Origin: an uncultured virus (IMG/VR IMGVR_UViG_3300023237_000005)
Taxonomy: Duplodnaviria > Heunggongvirae > Uroviricota > Caudoviricetes
Virus record (IMG/VR): IMGVR_UViG_3300023237_000005
Length of the DNA: 64,000 nucleotides
Strand: one strand, 5' to 3'
Shown piece by piece: positions 37,576 to 47,230 of this stretch. Numbering within the stretch: the first letter of the stretch is position 1; each line of letters opens with the position of its first letter. The position numbers were made by a program, and so were the translations under genes. Below the pieces are notes generated by a model, which saw only the letters and a list, made by a program, of their open reading frames with translations, was not told the origin of the DNA and did no database searches.

Positions 37576-39273
37576 ATGTACGCTAATCAACTTATAAACG
37601 AGGCCGAGGTACAAAGTATTTGGGGACCGATTATTGAGGAGTCAACTGGAATTACTTCAAAGTCTAAGCTAGTTTGGATGTCAAAGTATTGCCATTATCA
37701 CAACCTTAATGAAAGTGTCTACAATACTGTTCACCTTAACCCGAACATGAATGTTCCTGGAATGGGAGCAACACAATTTCCTGATCATCCAGGAACAATG
37801 AATAAGTTTACTGGCCAAACTCCCGGTTCAGGAGACAGACCTTTCTCACTACTTCCACTTGCTATGCAGGTTGCAGCACAGACAGTAGGACTTGATCTTG
37901 TACCAGTAGTACCAATGCAAGGACCTATGGGAGTTCTTACATATTTGGACTTTGTATACGCTGGTGGATCTGTTATGGCAGCAGCTGGAGGATTAAATTC
38001 TAAAGCAGCACCATTAATGATCAAGGCGCCATTAACACTTAACAGTGCACAGCCTGCTCTTGCAGCAGACCAAGTGTTTTACGCTCAGGCAGCTGACGGA
38101 ACACAAGCATCATACAAGCTTACCTTTGTAGGTCTATCTCGTATTGATGGTTACCCAATCTTCAGAGTAGAAGGATGGACTGGAAGCGCATACGCACAAG
38201 GTGGTGAAAACGGATCGGAAGCAATCTACCAAGCAATTGTTGCTGGCGAAGATTTCTGGTTAGATGACCGATCACTTGTATCAGCCGGAACATGGGATGG
38301 TGGTGCAGAACTTGTAAAAGCTCTTGAAGATCATATTACTGGATTCTCTGGATCTGGATTTGAACTAAGTAGCCGTGGCGATGGATCTGTAGCATCAATT
38401 GACCCTTATGAAAGAGAAGTTGGTGAATCTACACCAGATAACCTTATTGGTCTATCATTGTTCAACAAATCAGTATCTGCTAAGACTTACCAAGTTGCAG
38501 CCGCTGTTACACGTGAGCAAGTCCAAGACCTTAAGCAATTTGGAATTGATGCAGTAGCTCAAGTTGAGGCAGTTCTTGTAAATGAACTTACTCAGGATAT
38601 TAACAAACTGATTCTTGACAGAATCTTCAAACTAGGTTGTACTAACGCAGCTCAAATTGAAGCTGTTACTGGAACAGTTCTATCTGCAGCATTCAACACC
38701 GCAGTTGTTCCTGGAACAACAGCAATCACATTGGGCCAAGATAACACTGGAGCAGTAGTAACTGTTAATGCAGGAAACGTTACAGTTGGAGCAGGTGGTG
38801 AAACACAAGGAACATTGCAAAGAAGAATCCTTACAAAGGTTCTTGCTGCAACTAACCTTATTGGTACTCGTGGAAGACGTGGTCCAGCTGACTTCGCCGT
38901 AACTGGTGGAAAAATGGCAACTGCTATCCAAGATGTATCTGGGTTTGTACCTTACCCACTATCAAATACTATTAACCAAGCAGGTGGATCACTTTATCCA
39001 ATTGGCGCAGTAAGTGGAGTTACTATCTATGTTGATCCAAACAGAGACTTCAATGATACACGTATCGCTGTTGGACGTAAAGGTGACGGAAATTCACCAG
39101 GATTGGTATTCATGCCGTATCTAATGGCTGAGTCTGTAGAGACTATCGCTGAAGGTACAATGGCACCGAAGATTGCGATTAAATCACGATTTGCATTGGT
39201 TGAAGCTGGGTTCCATCCTCAGACTATGTATTACACTATGGACTTTAAACTCACTAATGTAGACATTATCTAA
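37576..39273 (+). CDS. gp23: Major capsid protein
   Basis: LVPVVPMQGPMG, VTREQVQDLKQFGIDA, ELTQDINK, VYVDP-like IYVDP, GLVFMPY, PKIAIKSRFAL. Confidence 0.93.
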   Translation: MYANQLINEAEVQSIWGPIIEESTGITSKSKLVWMSKYCHYHNLNESVYNTVHLNPNMNVPGMGATQFPDHPGTMNKFTGQTPGSGDRPFSLLPLAMQVAAQTVGLDLVPVVPMQGPMGVLTYLDFVYAGGSVMAAAGGLNSKAAPLMIKAPLTLNSAQPALAADQVFYAQAADGTQASYKLTFVGLSRIDGYPIFRVEGWTGSAYAQGGENGSEAIYQAIVAGEDFWLDDRSLVSAGTWDGGAELVKALEDHITGFSGSGFELSSRGDGSVASIDPYEREVGESTPDNLIGLSLFNKSVSAKTYQVAAAVTREQVQDLKQFGIDAVAQVEAVLVNELTQDINKLILDRIFKLGCTNAAQIEAVTGTVLSAAFNTAVVPGTTAITLGQDNTGAVVTVNAGNVTVGAGGETQGTLQRRILTKVLAATNLIGTRGRRGPADFAVTGGKMATAIQDVSGFVPYPLSNTINQAGGSLYPIGAVSGVTIYVDPNRDFNDTRIAVGRKGDGNSPGLVFMPYLMAESVETIAEGTMAPKIAIKSRFALVEAGFHPQTMYYTMDFKLTNVDII

Positions 39274-39295
39274 TCGTAGGATTAAATAATTATCT

Positions 39296-39330
39296 AAAGA
39301 GGGTTCCTATTATAGGAACCCTCTTTTTTT
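39296..39330 (+). terminator. Rho-independent terminator after the MCP gene
   Basis: AAAGAGGGTTCCTAT/ATAGGAACCCTCTTT plus T run. Confidence 0.88.
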
Positions 39331-39365
39331 GTTTCAATATATAATACAACAACAATAACTCAACT

Positions 39366-40241
39366 ATGAGCAGATTACTAAACTTCGAGACCTTTACTAT
39401 AATTTCAGAATCAAATGAACATTACTCTAATGAGTTAGATTCATTAACTGAAAGACTTATTGATGCAATTACAAGTCCACTTAAGTACCGTAAAGTAAAG
39501 GCTGCTGGGAAGAAACTGCAAAAGGCACTCGCTACTAAGGCGATGGTCGATGTTGACTTTATAAAGAAAAGCAAAGGGCTTCCAGTTGAAAAGAAGAATC
39601 TTGTTAAAGCTGCCGGCGATGCAAAAAAAGCAGCATACGATGAAACTATAAGTGCATTAAATCAATCAATCGATGATGCTGCAACTACGGATGGCCTAAA
39701 AGCAATGGCAGCAGTTACTAAAACTACTGCAAGGTTATCAGCTGCAGAAGTTACATTAAAGGGTGCAAGTAAGGCAGAGGCAAAAGCAATTAATAAACAA
39801 GTTAAGAAACTACAAAAAGCTAAACAAGAAGCTACAAAGGATTTAGCAGCACAAGAAGCTAATCCTAAAGAGGATAAAGAAGCAGCTGCAAGTATTGATA
39901 AAGAGAAAAAAGTAAAAACAGACGCAGAAGACACAGCAAAGAGTGATGCCAATAAAGAGAAAGTCGAAGATACACCAACAGATAAAGAATCTCAGATAGA
40001 AGCAAGTATTGCAGCTATCAATAAAAATATTGAATCTGAAAGATCAAGAGTCACTTCTTTGAAGAAAACACTAGAAGCAGTAGAAGCGGATCAAGCTAAG
40101 TCAACTGATGCAAGTACTTATGATACGAAGATTGCTAAGATTAAGAAAGACATTGAAGATAGTAATGAAGATATTAAAGAGCTGAACGCCCAAGAGGGTA
40201 AGTTAAAGAAGCAGCTGTCAGCTGAATCAACTGATGGCTAA
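39366..40241 (+). CDS. Lys/Ala-rich coiled-coil protein with capsid-targeting-like N-terminus
   Basis: MSRLLNFETFTIISES; late box at 39336. Confidence 0.55.
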   Translation: MSRLLNFETFTIISESNEHYSNELDSLTERLIDAITSPLKYRKVKAAGKKLQKALATKAMVDVDFIKKSKGLPVEKKNLVKAAGDAKKAAYDETISALNQSIDDAATTDGLKAMAAVTKTTARLSAAEVTLKGASKAEAKAINKQVKKLQKAKQEATKDLAAQEANPKEDKEAAASIDKEKKVKTDAEDTAKSDANKEKVEDTPTDKESQIEASIAAINKNIESERSRVTSLKKTLEAVEADQAKSTDASTYDTKIAKIKKDIEDSNEDIKELNAQEGKLKKQLSAESTDG

Positions 40242-40779
40242 AAAGAAAAACCGAGGTTGGCGCAAATCAGCTGGCAAATTTAACCTCTATGACGTACAGG
40301 CTATCAACTTCGGTTGGTTTAATCGTAAACACGGCATTCTATTAGAAAACCTCCCAAGAGAAAAGCAAAAGCTGCTTAAGGAGAATGGATTTATGAAATT
40401 CATTAAAGCTGATCCACAAACATACGAAATCATATTCATGGTTGAGGATATGAATAATTGGGGCAAGGTTAGAGAGAAGTCTTATTGGAACCCTTATACA
40501 GATGACTTTTCTACATTAAGAGAAATGGAAGCTGACGCTGGTCTAATAGATTGGAAATGCGCAGTATGCAAATCAGACATTAAGTGTAGAGTTGATTCTC
40601 CAAATAAAGTAGAAAACTTTGTTTGTATACAGTGCACTAAAGCACACAATTCTAAAAACAACATAATAGATCGTAAGATTGTTGATTCTTCTAGGAATCT
40701 AACTAAGCATATGAAAACACTTCTGACTCAAGAACAGAAGGAGTTTATGAAGTATGCAAGTAAATCAAGTAAAACTTAG
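40234..40779 (+). CDS. Hypothetical zinc-finger protein
   Basis: CAVC...CIQC. Confidence 0.55.
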   Translation: MAKKKNRGWRKSAGKFNLYDVQAINFGWFNRKHGILLENLPREKQKLLKENGFMKFIKADPQTYEIIFMVEDMNNWGKVREKSYWNPYTDDFSTLREMEADAGLIDWKCAVCKSDIKCRVDSPNKVENFVCIQCTKAHNSKNNIIDRKIVDSSRNLTKHMKTLLTQEQKEFMKYASKSSKT

Positions 40780-41550
40780 CCCACGCTGTAGACTAATTTT
40801 TGGAAAGGCGAATAAGTTACTCGTTGGGCAAGCATTCCAAACTTCAATTTTTTCCTTCTTTAGATCATCAGCTAATTGTTGAAACCCAGGAATAAATTGC
40901 TTTTCATAAATGTCATGTGAAGTAGCCTTAATTGGATAGCCATCATGGTAATGACTTTCACCCTTTACTATTCCCATATCATATCCAAGTAAAACTATTT
41001 TCTTGGCACCTAAATGATATGCTAAATTGATAGCAGCATACCCACTATTATTACCATGTGCTAATGTATCAGTCCTAGTTTCTAGTCCATATCTTCTTCC
41101 ACGCGTTAGTAAATTAATATCTCCAGTATAATTATTGCTATGTCTTATAGTGTACTTCAATCCTTTGAATTCGTTCACTTTCTCTGTGTACCAAGAATAG
41201 AATCTGCTATCCGTCCAATATAATACATCAGCATTAGGATAGGTAATGAATGATTTATTTATTGCAATGGTCTTTTTCCCAGCTAACTTATTCCATTCTG
41301 CAGTTTTAAGTGATGGGCCTCCACCGATTACGAACACCGTTTCACCGTTCCAGATTCGTTTCACTGAAGTAACTGGAATTTGTGGGTTACGTTTAGGAAA
41401 TGATAAACCTTTCTTAGGTTCTATCGTTGGCACGTGCTTATTTTGAGTAATGGGTACTCTCCTGAATATTTTCGTAGAACGTTCAACTCTGGATTTAACA
41501 GAAGTCGTTGGAAGTATCTTGAGCTTATTATGCTTTCTATTAGGTATCAT
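40765..41550 (-). CDS. Rossmann-fold glycosyltransferase-like protein (DUF115/Maf-like)
   Basis: VFVIGGGPSL, IAIN, NSGYAAINLAYHLGAKKIVLLGYDM, VWNAC; late box GATAAATA on the minus strand at 41557-41564. Confidence 0.7.
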   Translation of the reverse strand: MIPNRKHNKLKILPTTSVKSRVERSTKIFRRVPITQNKHVPTIEPKKGLSFPKRNPQIPVTSVKRIWNGETVFVIGGGPSLKTAEWNKLAGKKTIAINKSFITYPNADVLYWTDSRFYSWYTEKVNEFKGLKYTIRHSNNYTGDINLLTRGRRYGLETRTDTLAHGNNSGYAAINLAYHLGAKKIVLLGYDMGIVKGESHYHDGYPIKATSHDIYEKQFIPGFQQLADDLKKEKIEVWNACPTSNLFAFPKISLQRGLSFT

Positions 41551-41621
41551 GTATAGTATTTATCTAGGTCATAAAACTACTATAAGAACTTACTATATAA
41601 CTATTGAATATAACTTTGATA

Positions 41622-41861
41622 ATGAAGAACATAGAAAACTTATTACTAACAGAAAAATACCGCCCACAAAATATAAATGATCTCGTTACTCCAAAAAGAG
41701 TAAGAGCTAAACTTGAGCAGGGTGTATATCAGCATCTATTGCTCCATGGAAGTCCAGGAACAGGGAAATGTGTCATTGGCGATAGTCTAATAGAAGTAAA
41801 AAACAAAATCACAGGTAAGATTGAAACAATGTCTATTAGGGATTTTCATACTATGCTTTAG
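41622..41861 (+). CDS. gp44: Clamp loader large subunit N-part fused to a 30-aa split-intein N-half (41769-41858)
   Basis: TEKYRPQ, HLLLHGSPGTGK|CVIGDSLIEVKN... Confidence 0.9.
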   Translation: MKNIENLLLTEKYRPQNINDLVTPKRVRAKLEQGVYQHLLLHGSPGTGKCVIGDSLIEVKNKITGKIETMSIRDFHTML

Positions 41862-41919
41862 GCCAATATCCCGGCTTCCCATAAAACATTAGAAGTTTTG
41901 AATATATAAAACAAAACAT

Positions 41920-43047
41920 ATGAAATACTTTTACAAAGCAAAGACATTTACTTCAGACATTACACCCAAGTGTAACTTATGTAAGGCCGAACTCCAGATA
42001 AAGAGAGGATATAGTAGAAATACTATTATCGACTGTATTAATGATAATTGTGTTACTAATAAACCTGAAGTTAAACGCATAGATAGATTTAATGCGTTTT
42101 TACCACCCGCATTAGTTGAAAGCTATATCGCAGCTATGAAGTTAAACTTTAAGTATAACAGACCAAATTCAATTCATTATTGGTTGAAGCGAGGTTATTC
42201 TGAAGAAGATGGGTATAAGCAAATGTCCATTGTCCAATCTGGTATTGCAAAACAAGTCAAAAACCATTTTAAAGGGACGAAAGAAAATCTACTAGCACGT
42301 GGGTTCTCAGAGGAGGAGATTTATAATATGCGACTTCTGCCAAATAATGTTGATTTTTGGTTGAAGCGAGGTCATTCTATAGATGAAGCCACAGCTGCTG
42401 TGAAGAAGCACCAAAGCAAAGCAGGTAAAGCATTTGCAGATAAACGTAAAGCAAATCCAGAAAAATATGATGCCATGAGTACTACGCAGTTTAAATACTG
42501 GATGAAATTAGGACACACTGAAACTGAGGCTAAAGCATTAGTAAAAGAAAGACAAGCTACTTTCACTTTAGAGAAATGCATCAAACAACACGGTGAAGTA
42601 GAAGGTACTAAAATTTTTGAAGAACGGCAAAGAAAATGGAAAATCGCATTACAAAAGAATTTTGAAAACTATGGAGATGGACGTTCACCGTCAAGTCAGT
42701 TTGCTTCTTCCATGATAGAATCTATTTGTAATGAATTGCAAATGGACATTCCTAAAAAAGAAAGGTGGATAAATGGAGGAGATATTAAATGTTCTTATGA
42801 TTTTACTCATAAAGAAAAGAGAAAGATCATAGAATTTAATGGAGATTATTGGCACTGTAATCCTACCATGTATAATGAAACTGACATTATTAGAGGCGGT
42901 AAAACTGCAACTGAAGTATGGGATTACGACAAAAGAAAAGCTAAATTGGCTAACGATAAAGGTTATGAGGTCCTTGTAATATGGGAACACGAATGGAATG
43001 ACTCAAAAACAGAAGCATTAGAGAAATGCATGAACTTTTTAAACTAA
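41920..43047 (+). mobile_element. Free-standing homing endonuclease (Vsr/DUF559-like) between the split-intein halves
   Basis: YWLKRGYSEE repeats; SYDF, IIEFNGDYWHCNP, VLVIWEHEW; late box at 41901. Confidence 0.85.
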
Positions 43048-43053
43048 AATAAT

Positions 43054-44217
43054 ATGAAAAAATTTATAGAGAGTAAAAAAATTAATGATTATCAAGTACT
43101 ATCAGATAGCGGCTGGGAAGATATAGCAACTTCGCATAAGACTATACCATACGAAGTATGGACTATTACTACTGAAGATGGGCTTAAACTAAGCGGTGCA
43201 GATAATCACATTTTGTTTGATGAAAATTACAATGAAATTTTCATAAAGAATTTGAACGTTGGTGATTGCATAGTGGTAAGCGAAGGTAGATCTATCATTA
43301 AAGATATCTATAAGGACGGTACTTCTGAGGAAATGTATGATTTAGAGCTACCTGCTGGTACAAATCATAGGTATTATACAGACAGCATATTATCACATAA
43401 TACTTCTGCCGCAAAGGCTCTAGTGAAACACTTCGAACATCCATATATGTACATCAACGCTTCAACTGACACTAGTGTTGATGTAGTAAGAAACAGAATT
43501 ACTGACTTTTGTGCTAACCGAAGTATTATGGACAAGCCAGGAAAAATGAAAGTAATTATATTAGATGAGATAGACGGAGTATCTGACCAATTTTTCAAAG
43601 CACTCCGAGCAACTATGGATATGTTCTCAAAGAATGCAAGATTCGTAGCAACGTGTAATTACATCAATAAGGTTCCTGATCCAATTAAGTCAAGATTTGA
43701 AATGATCGACTTCGATTTTGGTAAAGATGAGGAGACTGAGATTATGAAAGGCTATATTGTTAGAATACTTGAAATTTGTAAAGCTGAGGATATAACAATA
43801 GAAAAATACGCAGCAGTAGAATTAGTGAAACGAAAATTCCCAGATCTTCGTAACATGCTAAATACACTTCAAGGCTTTAAGTCAGAAGGTAAAGAACTTA
43901 TAACAGTTGAAGATATTAAGAAGTTCAGTTCACTATTCTCTGATGTGTATGATCTTGTCATTGATGGGACTGACCCAGTAAAAAGCTATGAGTATATGGT
44001 ATCGAACTATTCCAACCGATGTGATGACATTCTATCATCTTTAGGTGGGGAATTTATTGACTTCATAAAGAAGGAAAGACAATCGTCCATTCCATTAATT
44101 CCTCAGATAGTTGTTACAGTATCTAAATACCAATCACAACGCCTACAGGTCATTGACCCTGTTATATCTATGTTGGCGTGTATTTACACCTTGCAAACTA
44201 TAATAAAGGAAGGATGA
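43054..44217 (+). CDS. gp44: Split-intein C-half (116 aa, 43054-43401) fused to clamp loader C-part
   Basis: ...ADNH...MYDL...ILSHN|TSAAKAL, INAS, ILDEIDG, TCNY..K..DPIKSRF, FPDLR. Confidence 0.92.
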   Translation: MKKFIESKKINDYQVLSDSGWEDIATSHKTIPYEVWTITTEDGLKLSGADNHILFDENYNEIFIKNLNVGDCIVVSEGRSIIKDIYKDGTSEEMYDLELPAGTNHRYYTDSILSHNTSAAKALVKHFEHPYMYINASTDTSVDVVRNRITDFCANRSIMDKPGKMKVIILDEIDGVSDQFFKALRATMDMFSKNARFVATCNYINKVPDPIKSRFEMIDFDFGKDEETEIMKGYIVRILEICKAEDITIEKYAAVELVKRKFPDLRNMLNTLQGFKSEGKELITVEDIKKFSSLFSDVYDLVIDGTDPVKSYEYMVSNYSNRCDDILSSLGGEFIDFIKKERQSSIPLIPQIVVTVSKYQSQRLQVIDPVISMLACIYTLQTIIKEG

Positions 44218-44381
44218 AAATGACAAAAATATTTTTAGACTGGGCAATAGCTAAATTTCCAAACGATGCTGAATTAGGTAAAGTTTTCAGAGAATTTTAT
44301 AGCCTAGCAAAAAAAGGTGGAAATACTGGAGAATCAGGCCGAGAAGCTGAGGAACAAATAATGACAAAATATTTCAATTAA
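44178..44381 (+). CDS. Small hypothetical protein (start uncertain)
   Basis: FPNDAELGKVFR motif. Confidence 0.45.
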   Translation: MYLHLANYNKGRMKMTKIFLDWAIAKFPNDAELGKVFREFYSLAKKGGNTGESGREAEEQIMTKYFN

Positions 44382-44422
44382 CATTGTTTTTGTTATATTG
44401 TTATTGAATAAAGTATATAAAT

Positions 44423-45646
44423 ATGAATAAGAACAAATACACATTAATCGTAGATGGGAACTATTTTTTGTTTAGAACATTACACGTTCTCCCAAGTAGT
44501 TTTAAAGGTGGTGACATTTTAGGTACAGATGAAGATGTTGAAGCATATATCAGAAAATTAGCAACAGACCTAACATATCAAATCCGTCTTTTTGATGGAG
44601 CAATTGATACAGTAATCTGGACACTTGATTCAAAATCTTGGAGAAAGGATTTCTACCCAGAGAAAGAATACAAAGGAACACGTAAACAGAATAAGTTAAT
44701 CAACTGGGAGAACTTTACAAGTGCAACCGCAACATTCAGTGAATTGCTCCAGAAAGCAGGAGTGACAATATCTAAAGTAGATGGTGCCGAGGGTGATGAT
44801 TTAATATACGCATGGAATACAGAGGTTCTATCAAATGATAAGTCTGTAGTTATTCTGACTGGAGACCGAGATATGATCCAGCTCGTGGGTCAAAATGAGA
44901 ATAATGCACATACAGTGTTCTATACTCCAGCGCATAATAAGCTATATGTCCATGAAGGATTTACACAGTGGTTAGAAAAACCTGTAGAAGTTGAAACTGA
45001 TTTCTTTTCTGCTCTAAGATCGCATGGAGTAGGTGCTGGGCAAATGTGTAAGTCATTACGAAATGTAATCACTACAAAGAATCTTGAAGTTATAGAACAG
45101 AACCCAGATGAATTTATGTTTAAGAAAGTTCTAACTGGAGATAAGGGTGATAACGTAGCTCCAGCTTATTCTAAGATTATGACAACAAAGAGTGGCAAGG
45201 AACGTACTTACGGCGTGAGTGATAAGATGGCTGCTACTATTTACGAATCGTTTATAACTCTACACGGACCTTTCAATTATATGTACTTGTTTGAGGACGG
45301 GTGCCTTAATGACATGGCAGACCTTCTAATACGAGAGCTAAAAATAGTTGATGTAAGTAAAGAACTTCTTTTAACGAATATCAGAAGTAATATCAACTTA
45401 ATGATTTTATCTTCAAAGACTATTCCTGAAGGAATCTTAGATGAAATGTTCAAATCTATTGAGTTGCAGATTGGTAAAGATACGATAGATCATAAGAAAG
45501 TAACTTCTATGCAAAAACTATTAGCTGGAACAAAATGGATCAAAGATAATAATCCTGGAATGTCTTCATCGGTATTCGGAAAAGAAAATGTTGATACTGG
45601 GATGTCATTTATCTCAGATCGTAAACAAAAAGGAACATTATTCTAA
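44423..45646 (+). CDS. rnh: RNase H / 5'-3' flap exonuclease
   Basis: IVDGN, SWRKDFY, YKGTR, AEGDD, TGDRDMIQL, GDKGDNV. Confidence 0.88.
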   Translation: MNKNKYTLIVDGNYFLFRTLHVLPSSFKGGDILGTDEDVEAYIRKLATDLTYQIRLFDGAIDTVIWTLDSKSWRKDFYPEKEYKGTRKQNKLINWENFTSATATFSELLQKAGVTISKVDGAEGDDLIYAWNTEVLSNDKSVVILTGDRDMIQLVGQNENNAHTVFYTPAHNKLYVHEGFTQWLEKPVEVETDFFSALRSHGVGAGQMCKSLRNVITTKNLEVIEQNPDEFMFKKVLTGDKGDNVAPAYSKIMTTKSGKERTYGVSDKMAATIYESFITLHGPFNYMYLFEDGCLNDMADLLIRELKIVDVSKELLLTNIRSNINLMILSSKTIPEGILDEMFKSIELQIGKDTIDHKKVTSMQKLLAGTKWIKDNNPGMSSSVFGKENVDTGMSFISDRKQKGTLF

Positions 45647-45657
45647 TAACTATATAG

Positions 45658-46068
45658 ATGGCATTAAAATTATTTGATTATCTAAAAGTCGTATTTGGTA
45701 CCGATGAACAATGGGATAAACTAACTGCTTACGACAAAAGCAAAAACTCATTTATGTTAAACCGAATGTTTAGCTGTAAGTTTCCAGTCCAAGCTAATAT
45801 GTTCAATGCTCTCAAGACCGATCCTGTTGGGACCGCTGAGTGTTGGAGACTAGTAGGTTCTAAATTTAATAGAGTTCCTGGATTTATTTACACGAAAGTA
45901 TCAAAGAAATCAGTTAAGAAGAAATGGGATCCTAATCAAGAAGTGGTGAATGAATATCTAAAGCTCAATCAAATTGGTAATCGTGAATTTCAAGAAGCAC
46001 TTAAATTCAATCCTAAAGAAGTAAAGAAATCAATAGATAATCTAGAAAAACAAATGGGTTATGATTGA
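45658..46068 (+). CDS. Putative clamp loader small subunit (gp62-like)
   Basis: LFDYL, FMLNRMFS pattern; size and position. Confidence 0.5.
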   Translation: MALKLFDYLKVVFGTDEQWDKLTAYDKSKNSFMLNRMFSCKFPVQANMFNALKTDPVGTAECWRLVGSKFNRVPGFIYTKVSKKSVKKKWDPNQEVVNEYLKLNQIGNREFQEALKFNPKEVKKSIDNLEKQMGYD

Positions 46069-46717
46069 AACTGAAGATTTTGAACTAGGCATTCCAACAC
46101 ACATTAAGTTTACATTATATCGTTATGATTATATTGATGGTCTTCTAATATCAACACTCACAAGAGAATGTGAGAATATTTCTATAGAAGATAGTGTTTA
46201 TACGATTACTAAGAATTCTTTTGAGTACGCAATAAAGAATTCATTAAGACTTAAAAAGATTGCGACGAAAGCAGAGTCATTCCGTCCAGGCGATAAGACT
46301 GCTGTTAATTCATTGTTCTTTCTTTGGCAAATAGTTAAAGGTTTACCTAACATAGAATTCCTATCGTTTAATACTTCTAAAGAAAAGGAGTTTACTCGTG
46401 TTGTTAAAGTTGGTACAGCTGAGGTTGTTAACTTCATATATTACATTGAAGAAGGTTATTTGGATATGACACAGATATTACTTAGAGAAGATCTTGATCT
46501 ATTTAATAAGCAGGCTATCAAGATGGGAATGCTAACTAATCGTTATCTTAATCGCTCACCATATTTCTATGGAACAGCTGCTCGAATCTTTAATGTAGTT
46601 GAGGCAACAGCTTTGGCTGGTTCAGAAGACGCACATATGTTGCTTGAAACGCTTGACTCAAAACTTGAATCAGACAATCCAATTCTATTAGTAAAGACTG
46701 ACTATAGTTCATACTGA
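46061..46717 (+). CDS. Hypothetical protein
   Basis: Coupled ORF of 218 aa. Confidence 0.55.
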   Translation: MIETEDFELGIPTHIKFTLYRYDYIDGLLISTLTRECENISIEDSVYTITKNSFEYAIKNSLRLKKIATKAESFRPGDKTAVNSLFFLWQIVKGLPNIEFLSFNTSKEKEFTRVVKVGTAEVVNFIYYIEEGYLDMTQILLREDLDLFNKQAIKMGMLTNRYLNRSPYFYGTAARIFNVVEATALAGSEDAHMLLETLDSKLESDNPILLVKTDYSSY

Positions 46718-46742
46718 TTAAATTCGTACATATATTTTACAA

Positions 46743-46773
46743 AAAAACGAGGTGCTATTAGCACCTCGTTTTT
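46743..46773. terminator. Rho-independent terminator, possibly bidirectional
   Basis: AAAAACGAGGTGCTA-T-TAGCACCTCGTTTTT. Confidence 0.85.
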
Positions 46774-46804
46774 ATTTGCACTAGAGTCAGATATATACAT
46801 TGTA

Positions 46805-47230
46805 ATGACCGGAATTTTTAGAAGATGCTGTGACTCCAAACGAGAGTGTATGACATACCTAGTAATGTTACTTTGGATTGGACTGGGAGTCTTAGGCTTC
46901 TTTTTCGATACGAACTATACACACTTAGCTGCGTACTTCCTTTCACTTACTGGCTTTATCATGAGTTATATGTTTGGAGAATCATATCGTCAAAGTAAAG
47001 ATTCTTCAATCTTTACGAGTGGTAAGACAAGTAAACGTGAAGCAATAATGTATCTGACTATAGTAATGTGGACAGCAATTGGAGTTTACGGTGTGATTGA
47101 AACGAAAGATCTTATGGCACTTAGTGCATACTTCGCAGCACTTACGCCTTTCGTTGGTGCTTATGTTATAGCAGATAGTGTAAAATCTGAAGGTGGAAGT
47201 ACTGGAGATTCACAACAACTTAATTCATAA
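46805..47230 (+). CDS. Four-TM membrane protein with internal duplication
   Basis: KRE..Y....W..LGV.G......LAAYF..LT.F...Y...S occurs twice; late box at 46790. Confidence 0.65.
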   Translation: MTGIFRRCCDSKRECMTYLVMLLWIGLGVLGFFFDTNYTHLAAYFLSLTGFIMSYMFGESYRQSKDSSIFTSGKTSKREAIMYLTIVMWTAIGVYGVIETKDLMALSAYFAALTPFVGAYVIADSVKSEGGSTGDSQQLNS

